A stretch of DNA of 64,000 nucleotides from Tubulanus polymorphus (Eukaryota; Animalia; Nemertea), in assembly GCF_964204645.1 (NCBI RefSeq), contig NC_134033.1, forward strand, positions 248,001 through 312,000. The letters are read 5' to 3'. Under the pieces are notes generated by a model. The model was given only the letters and a program-made list of their open reading frames with translations, was not told the origin of the DNA and made no database searches. Positions 55,009-64,000 of this stretch are shown piece by piece. The position numbers and the translations under genes are program-made. How positions within the stretch are numbered: position 1 is the first letter of the stretch; the number at the start of each line of letters is the position of its first letter.

Positions 55009-58000
55009 ATGAAGATGAAGAACTGGACCTGTTTGTTAATTCTACTGCTGACAATCAAGTTTTATTCAGAAGCTGCATCGGTACGAAATAAGAGAAATAC
55101 CGGTGAGTTTAAATGATGTGTCTATACTGGTATCAACCATCACTAGGCGGTTACCAGAATTCAATTTCAATTTTGAAAAAACTGCTCAAGGCATCTGGAC
55201 AGTGTGAATGTATTACCGGGTACAAGAATATTACGTATATTGTGTATTTGATATTTCAGCACCTGATGGAGTTGTACTGGACAGTGTGAATGTATTACCG
55301 GGTACAAGAATATTACGTATATTGTGTATTTGATATTTCAGCACCTGATGGAGTTGTACTGGACAGTGTGAATGTATTACCGGGTACAAGAATATTACGT
55401 ATATTGTGTATTTGATATTTCAGCACCTGATGGAGCTGTACTGGACAGTGTGAATGTATTACCGGGTACAAGAATATTACGTATATTGTGTATTTGATAT
55501 TTCAGCACCTGATGGAGTTGTACTGGACAGTGTGAATGTATTACCGGTTACAAGAATATTACGTATATTGTGTATTTGATATTTCAGCACGTGATGTAGT
55601 TGTACTGGACAGTGTGAATGTATTACCGGGTACAAGAATATTACGTATATTGTGTATTTGATATTTCAGCACCTGATGGAGTTGTACTGGTCAGTGTGAA
55701 TGTATTACCGGGTACAAGAATATTACGTATATCGTGTATTTGATATTTCAGCACCTGATGGAGTTGTACTGGTCAGTGTGAATGTATTACCGGGTACAAG
55801 AATATTACGTATATTGTGTATTTGATATTTCAGCACCTGATGGAGTTGTACTGGTCAGTGTGAATGTATTACCGGGTACAAGAATATTACGTATATTGTG
55901 TATTTGATATTTCAGCACCTGATGGAGTTGTACTGGTCAGTGTGAATGTATTACCGGGTACAAGAATATTACGTATATTGTGTATTTGATATTTCAGCAC
56001 CTGATGGAGTTGTACTGGACAGTGTGAATGTATTACCGGGTACACGTGTATTACTGTCGCAGGAAGGCAAAAATGTTAGTATTACCTGTAAACAGAGCAG
56101 CTCTACAGCGACTGGTGTAGAATTCCAGCTACAAGTGAACAGTGGAGCAGGAGGGGCCTGGACTCCAATACCGCTCGGTGTATCGAAGTTGTGGAAAATT
56201 TTACCTGAGGCTGGTAAAATGTATAAATGTGTGGCCACTAATTCAGCCGGAAGGAAAGAAAGTAAAATCTACCAATCAGATGTAATCAGTGAGTATAGCG
56301 GGAACCTCGTAAATCAGTTTGTCATTAGATAATCATTTTTTTCTTCAAAATTCGACTGAACCTAATTTAAATATTGCGGAAAGAAAATATGATGAAATAG
56401 ATTACTGTCTTAGCTGAATTTCCGTCATATATACTTGCAAAAACCTGTGGAAACAACAGCAAGGCCTGGTTCCACAGTTGTGAGGTAAAGAGTTAACTCC
56501 GAGTTAAAGTTAGTTCATTTTCAGTGTTTTAATTAAGACTCTTTTAACTTAAGTCAAATTCCACAATTTCCACAATTTCGACTTAAGTCAGTTTCCACAA
56601 CTGTGGAACTGGATCATGAGTTTTAAACCAGAAGTCAAATTTTACAATTTCTTTTATACATGTATGAATATTATCAAAAATTCATAAAGAGGATTTATCT
56701 TAGATATGATGCGTTATGTGATATCTCTAGAACCCAGTGATACCATGTGGGATCTCGGTAGAATTAGATTTAGCCTGTGCCCTCTACTGGGGCGGTAAAC
56801 TGGTTACAGATCCTATAGTTACCGTAGAGAACAATGCTAATAAATGAGAAAAAAATACGTTCCTCAGCTACGAGTATTTATTACACTCCAACCATTTCCA
56901 CGGTATATGGAGGAAAAAATAGTATTCAGAATTATTTACAAAACAGAAAATAAAATCAACTTGAACCGAAACAAACTTTATTCTTAACGTTGTATTTACG
57001 ATTTATACTATTGGAGGGATTTCACATCTAGACCTAATTTGATAAATTTATTCAGATTTAAAGTTGAATTTTTTAATCCAAGGTTCCTAAAAGGGTTTAA
57101 ATTTAAGTAAATTTTACGAGATTCGGTGAGTTACTAATATGAAATACGCCACGCAATCGATAGAAACTGGAACTATGATTGTGCTGGGGTTGCAATGTTA
57201 ACTATTTGTAAATACACTTGTTACGGACCCAAAAATCTGAGGTCAAAATATAAACACAATCGACCTGATTACAGAGGAATTCAAACATTTCCCGTCCACC
57301 ACCAATTATAGTATGATTTTCTTTATAGGTATAAACATAAATGAAAACCCGTGTAAGATGGCTCAATTCCAATCGCTGACTTGTACTTGTAAAGCCATTA
57401 GTAAAATCGGTAATCCAAACATAACAGTTAAATGGTTTGCTGATGGATTTTCTGAAGGTGAAACTGATTTTTATGAGATTACTAAAAAACATGACGTAAA
57501 TACTCCGCTAAAAGATGGAGTTATCAACAGGATTCAGAAAGATTTTCGTCTCTTGATGCACGCGACATTGACTCAATGTCGTTTGTGGGAGTATAATGGG
57601 ATAAAACTACTGGAACCACCTCACAATCAAATACAACATCAAACTCCAATGGATGTTACGTGTAAGTTGAATAAACATTGTTTTGTATTTGTTGCCCTGA
57701 GCATAGGACATTCTATTGTTAATACCACAGTTAGAGATTTAGGAGTTACTTGGATAACACTTTTACAACGACGGCTGATCGTCTCTGAGTTTCTTTCGTT
57801 TCGATATTTGGTCGCAATGAATAAATTTGCTTGTATTTATTTGCTTTGTGAAAATTTTCGAAAATCAATGAACAAATGTTTTTCGAAAATCAATGAACAA
57901 ATGTTGTTGACGTGATAAGGTTCTAGACTGATCAGTAAAATTGTGAAAAGAAATTAAATAATATATACATATAATCAATGATAAATCAAATCAATAATGA

Positions 58001-61000
58001 TTAAATATGTAACAAATTCTATCCATTAAATACATTTACATCTTTTTCTTTCAGATTTTCCTGTTGAAATTCTGACGAACGATAATTATACGGGAAAACC
58101 TGACATTAGAACACCAGGAGAAATTGTAGAATATACTTGTAGAACAGTTGAAGGGAGGCCCGATCCTACAGTGATATACCAGCAGAAGAGAAAAGGTTCT
58201 GAACAATGGCAGCCAATTCCTGATCCACAACCTCTTAAAGTACCTCACAAAGGGGGTTTTAACACGACCTACAAGTTTAAAGCTGATTTCAAACTGCACA
58301 ATGGAACCTCATTTCGATGCGCTGTAAAGGAGAACCTTACGTTTCCAGAACCTCAGCAATTCAATCCAATCATCGTTTATTGTAAGTAACAGATTTATTT
58401 TTCTGAAATATCTTCCATAGAAATTGGCTTTGGGTTTGAGCGATGGTACAAACCTCTTGTCGTAGTAGATCTATGATCTACCCTGAACATGTCACGATGA
58501 CATCAGGTTCGAATCCCTCCCGATGGATGATGGGTCTACTATGTCAGGGTTTCAGAAACCTTAAAAACTTTTAACTTTTGCTTTTATCAGATTTTGCACC
58601 AGATTTCAAGAAAGACGGTGAAAATGAAACACACGCGGCGTATATTGTAACAGTTAATAGTAACCTATTGACTCAACAAGTTACATGTGACCCTCCAGCT
58701 GTCGTTCAGAAACTATCAAACTCTCAGTGGAATATAACCATACCTATCCTAAACAGTATGGTAACTGACTATAGAGGGCGCTGTTTGGCTGACGGTATTA
58801 ATGAAAGGGCCATTTATGTCGCTCGTTATCATAACGCCGGTCCAACTGATAAACCAGGTAAGATTCCGGGTCAGAACTGGATAAGTTTTATCTGAATCTG
58901 AACAACTGCTCGAAGTCATCTCCTCTTGACCTGATGAATTGCTTCAGTCGTCATCGGAAAATTAATTATATTCAACTGAGGTCATCTCTATTTTTTGAGT
59001 TTCAAGATATTTGTGATTTAATTGACTAAGTGTAACCTATGTGTTAAAAAGTCTTATCTGAACTAGAATTCAGATCAGTTATTTTTTTCATTTTATCACG
59101 TGTCACATTTGAAATGTACCACATATATTTGATATATGCAATATTCAAAATGCTGTAACTTCTATTTAGACGCCAGTTAACCCCTGAACACGTGTTTGTT
59201 ATTTCAATTGCTGATTTATTGAAATTGTAGTTGTCGATGGATGGAATGGAATAAAAGTGGCTGGTGTTGTAATCGGTATATTGATATTACTGATTCTGAT
59301 TGTACTGTTTATTCTGTGGCGTCGTGGCTGCTGTAAGTTTTACATAAAACCATCATTTAATCTGAAGAAAACAATAATTTAACCATGAACGAAGTCAAAA
59401 CGGAACGTGATATTCCTAAATGAACAGTAGTAGAATTGATATTGAAACAAGCAGTATTTCTGATTTTAGACACTTGGGACTTTAGTCCCAGCGGGCTATC
59501 GCGTTCATTTGTCGCCCGTCCACCCGTCCGTTCGTAGACAGAATCCAGTAATTTTTGAAGACGCTGTTTTACACATATTTCAAGTTTTCGAGGGAAATTT
59601 TGAAGACGCTTTTATTATCTTGATCATATGTATTTGTATCCCCCCAGGGCCCATCAGCATAAGAAAAAAAGGGTCAAATGGACACAAGATGACCGTCCTG
59701 TGACTTTTTTGTGCCCAAAAATGTCATCTGGTTTGTAATTTTTCATTTAAATTTGTGCTGGCTATTCTGTGGATTGGAATCTTCAATAGCTGGTACAGGT
59801 ATTTTTCATCAGCCAATTATGACGCAATTGGCGGCCATCTTGGTGTCATTAGTACTCATTCGTAGGTGGGAAAAAGTTTTTCCACATTATATTGATACCT
59901 AAGCGTATTTTGTTCCAACAATCAATTGCAAAATTGTAACTCATGTCATCGTCTATGATTGTGGTGAGTTTCAAGGTCATAAGTTATTCTATACGGTTAC
60001 CAGGGGGCGTTGAATATCGAAATTGTTAGGTTGTTGAGCATTTGAAACCACTTTCCAAGCAAATGGTGTCCCTGAACCCCTAGTTTAATTTACAGTCACG
60101 TGTTTGGATCCGAAACCTAAAGATGTGATTGAATTGTTGCGTTGGACAAGTGAAACCTGGTATGAAAAAGGTAAGATTCTCTCACATGATTTACTGCACA
60201 TATTCTCAGATATCGGTTTGATAATTTTAGGTGTTTTTTTTTTCTTTGCAGATCATGAAAATTGGGTGAAAACACGTGACCGACCGCAGCCAGGTATTTA
60301 TAGAATTATCAACCTTTTGATACTTAAAGATATTTTAATTAAACGAAGTTCATTAGTAAATCCATATAAAATGTTACTCGATATTTTCTATACTGTGATT
60401 TTGCTGTTTTATTTTACTTCCATCTATAAGTTTTGATAATCTCTGAGCGAATGATGTATTTTTAATATAATTCTAACTCTTGAGACTGAATGTCTGTGAT
60501 ATTCTCAGATCATCGCTAAACAGTAATCGGACACTTCATTCCTAGACTATTCATTTATTTTCTGTCAGATAACGATTATTTTTTGTTGTACTTTTCTTCT
60601 CATCAGATCTCATCCACTGATGCAATCAATCATGCAATGTTGCTCATAATTCGAAATCATATCAAATAGATAATTATCCATTTAAAAACATAACAGAATT
60701 ATAAGATCAGTTAATTATCACATATAAATTCGGCGGCCATCTTAGAGTCATCAGTCCTCGCTCATAAGTGAAAGAGTTTTTTTGAGGAAAATATCAACAG
60801 GTTTTTAATTTATAGTCTTGATATAAGATTATTATTAGCACTTTAAGAGGATACGTCTCCTCACGTGAAATTGAGTTATCCGGTTGTCTATTCTAGCCAC
60901 CAGGGGGAGTTGATTATTGAATCATATACGAATTATTTATTGGGATATTTTATCACAATCAATCGCAAACTTATAATTGTTGTGATTTTAATTTTTTGCT

Positions 61001-63993
61001 CGAGAAAATATAACTTAAAATTGTTCATTCATCAAAAACTTGATTGTTTGTGACGCCAATGTCTTCATTTGAAAGCCAATTAATTATAAACAACTTTTTT
61101 ATAGAAACTGTTAGAATAATAAAAGATGTTTACGGAACCGAGAATGATTGGGAGTTAACGAGAGATAAGGATAAACAAGGTAAGAGTAGTGACTGGTAAG
61201 AGAAGTGAGTGGTAAGAGTAGTGAGGGGTAAGAGTAGTGACTGGTAAGAGTAGTAAATGGTAAGAGAAGTGAGTGGTAAGAGTAGTGAGGGGTAAGAGTA
61301 GTGACTGGTAAGAGTAGTAAATGGTAAGAGAAGTGAGTGGTAAGAGTAGTGAGAGGTAAGAGGAGTGAGTGGTAAGAGTAGTGAGTGGTAAGATGAGTGA
61401 GAGGTAAGAGGAGTGAGAGGTAAGAGTAGTGAGTGGTAAGAGGAGTGAGTGGTAAGAGTAGTGAGGGGTAAGAGTAGTAAGAGGTTTAGAGTAGTGAGTG
61501 GTAAGAGGAGTGAGTGGTAAGAGGAGTGAGAGGTAAGAGGAGTGAGTGGTAAGAGGAGTGAGTGGTAAGAGGAGTGAGAGGTAAGAGGAGTGAGTGGTAA
61601 GAGGAGTGAGTGGTAAGAGGAGTGAGTGGTAAGAGGAGTGAGAGGTAAGAGGAGTGAGAGGTAAGAGGAGTGAGTGGTATGAGTAGTGAGGGGTAAGAGT
61701 AGTGACTGGTAAGAGTAGTAAATGGTAAGAGAAGTGAGTGGTAAGAGTAGTGAGTGGTAAGAGGAGTGATATAAACAATTCACAATTGAACAAATACTTT
61801 TTATATTTCATTTCAGAAAAAGGTATCAAAGAATCCGCGTTCCAACAGTTATCACGTGATCAAAGTAAGCTATAGTTTGTGTTAGTTTAAGTTCATGTAC
61901 ATGATTACATGCACATGTCACATAAGTGTACATGCACATGTTTGTATTGTTTAAATGTACATATATCAGTTATGTGTGAATTCATACATGTCAGTAACAT
62001 GTGAATGTGAGTTCAATTAACACGAGTTTAATCAATATATTTTCAGACATGTTAGATTTGGTCAAAGAAATTCTAAGTAAGTTCAAGATATGACTCGGTA
62101 TTTCCTCTTCAACTCGAATCTTGGATTCAAATGTGTTTATAATTATCTATTGACAGGAAAATACTTTAGAATAAACAATTTAGAAACGAAACTATCAAAT
62201 GATATCGGTAAGATTTGATTGAATACAGTTATTGATGTATGAGTTTATTGATTATTATTCTACTGTCAACTCATTTTGTAAATGTATTACAGATACATTA
62301 CTGAACAAGAAGAGGTCAATAGATGGCGCTGATGCAGTTTACAATAGAGATGAAGGTAAGTTATTATCATACACTGTTCATAGACGAAATCAATTATTCT
62401 GCTTTACTGATTAAAATGAAGCAAATCTCATTCAAGATGGCCGCTGGGCCGCCTTTTGGCAATGTTAAAGAGGCCTATACCGATTCTGGAAAACCTTTCT
62501 GGGGGTTTCGTTTCAACCAAAATACTTCGTATACATTCCGGAATAGTGTAATCCGTAAACCGGATTGAAGTGACCGGTTAAGAATTTGTAATCTGGAATT
62601 GATATTCCTAAACCTGAATATTTACAATCAAAACCTGTTTTGTTGCAATTTCTGGTCTAAATTCCGCATTTCATACATCGAATTTGAGATGTTTTACTCA
62701 CGCGTGCCAGAATATCACTAATTCAACAGTTGTTAATAATCCATCCTTGGATTAAACAGAACTAATATAGGTACATTCAAACTCTTATTATTGTTATATG
62801 CTGATGATACGGTTATACTCGCCGAGACGCCAGAAGGACTTCAATGTGCCCTTGATAATATTTCTAATTACTGTCATGTAATGCATATCGGAATTAATTA
62901 TGAAAAAACGAAAATTGTCGTCTTTAGAAAAGCTGTCAATGTAAGAAACTTTGTTTGGAAGATTGATGGACAAGTAATAGAAAGTGTAAACTGTTTTACA
63001 TACTTAGGTATGGATTTCAATTTCAATGGAAAACATAATGTAACTATCAACAGTCTGGCTTCTCGGGGAGTATCAGCATAATATAATTTCAGAAAATACC
63101 TTCTGCAGTATCCAAAAGTCACACCCAGGCTAGCCATTAAATTTTTTAACAGCCTCGTGGTACCTGTCTTAACTTATGGCTGCCAAAATATGGGGTTTCA
63201 AAGAACAAAGAAAACTAGAGAGAATCCCTCTCAAATTTTATAAATACCTCCTGGGAGTTAAAAACTCAACACCTGATAACTTTGTATTTAGTGAAATTGG
63301 TAAATATCCAACACATATTCAGCAAAGAATGTTAATTGTGAAATATTGGCTTAATATACATAAAACTAAACCCGAGAAACTAACTAAGCTGATGTACAAT
63401 CAAATGTTAGATGATATCATACGTGATCACCGTGTAATTAATAAGCTTCTTTGGTTAGAGATCTATTGAATGGCCTAGGATATGTGGAATCTATGTGGAA
63501 AGGCTTTCAATCGCCTTTGGTATATATTATGTATTCAATGTATTTATATACTTGAATTATTTACCCGCCATACATTATCATGTAATTGTGTCATATCATT
63601 AAAAAAAATTATATTTTTTTGATATAATAAACTAATAAATTAATATAAATCCCACAATGAGAAAGAAAAATTAGTCCGACTTACAACAACAAAATTAAAA
63701 CAAAGAGCAAAGAGACTAATTGAGATATGATATTGATTTCAATTGAACTAATTTCATCTTAATTTCTTTAATTCAGATGAAGCACATGTTAGTTTTATAA
63801 CGCAATTGAATGAAGAGAAAAGACCCCTGACAGACAAAGAGAAACAGTTCATCACAGATGGTCAGTAAAACTATGAATTATAACATAGTCTTACATTTTG
63901 AAAAAGGTGCTTCCTTTCTGAAGAGAAGCCATTGCAAATAATAGAAGCCTTTGAAAATAATGTAGTTTCTTGTGAGTTTCAGATCCCCAGTAA
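55009..63993 (+). CDS. Multi-Ig-domain type I transmembrane receptor/adhesion protein, about 613 aa, 14 coding exons, all introns phase 1
   Basis: Exons: 55009-55102 (signal peptide plus RNKR), 55998-56288, 57329-57661, 58055-58381, 58591-58857 (Ig or Ig-like, paired Cys), 59231-59332 (TM VAGVVIGILILLILIVLFILWRR), then 60096-60170, 60252-60293, 61105-61179, 61817-61864, 62047-62076, 62293-62355, 63777-63860 and 63983-63993 (stop). Every internal exon is a multiple of 3 with AG/GT boundaries. Confidence 0.85.
55195..56044 (+). repeat. 82-bp array, 10 copies, each containing the acceptor and first 42 nt of the first Ig exon
   Basis: TATTTCAG|CACCTGATGG recurs at 55260 + 82n up to 55998. Confidence 0.95.
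56463..56615. mobile_element. MITE-like element of the CCACAGTTG/CAACTGTGG TIR family
   Basis: GGTTCCACAGTTGTG ... CACAACTGTGGAACTGG; target-site duplication not clear. Confidence 0.55.
61179..61768 (+). repeat. About 16-bp satellite GGTAAGAG(G/T)AGTGA(G/C)T beginning exactly at a splice donor
   Basis: Dozens of G|GTAAGA motifs starting at the donor of exon 61105-61179. Confidence 0.92.
62750..63500 (+). mobile_element. 5'-truncated, disrupted non-LTR retrotransposon (LINE) reverse transcriptase fragment in an intron
   Basis: LYADDTVILAE..LQ..L, INYEKTKIVVF and FTYLG motifs, then FNSLVVPVLTYGCQ-like and YLLGVKNSTP segments, broken by a stop and frameshifts. Confidence 0.85.
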
Positions 63994-64000
63994 ACAGTTA

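Noticed and set aside
61130-61829. Two minus-strand ORFs of more than 200 aa, rich in Leu/Thr/Ser
   Set aside because: Antisense translation of the 16-bp donor-like satellite.

Overview
AT-rich, intron-containing animal (probably invertebrate) genomic DNA, densely seeded with micro- and minisatellites. Most ORFs in the six-frame track are repeat artefacts. I assembled genes by hand from GT/AG boundaries and phase arithmetic: (1) a 5-exon secreted single-VWD-domain protein (minus, 16624-19146); (2) a large exon encoding a polyQ/polyG/36-aa-repeat low-complexity protein (plus, 22390-25172); (3) a 3-exon DUF229 (sulfatase/alkaline-phosphatase-like) type II membrane protein (26878-30021); (4) a 13-coding-exon monoamine-oxidase-like flavoenzyme with unusual active-site substitutions (minus, 32298-37830); and (5, 6) two tandem paralogous Ig-superfamily type I receptors, one with a tail carrying eight YxxM motifs (46121-50075) and one multi-Ig gene built entirely from phase-1 exons (55009-63993). 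Also present are two identical intron-containing tRNA-Ile(UAU) genes in inverted orientation, Harbinger-type MITEs, a LINE RT fragment and inverted 92-bp satellite arrays. The most striking non-coding structure is a pair of 69-bp tandem arrays (about 40006-41460, 20 units). Each unit is a minimal Penelope-type, type I hammerhead ribozyme with a palindromic helix III. A second recurring pattern is tandem arrays that multiply real splice donors or acceptors.
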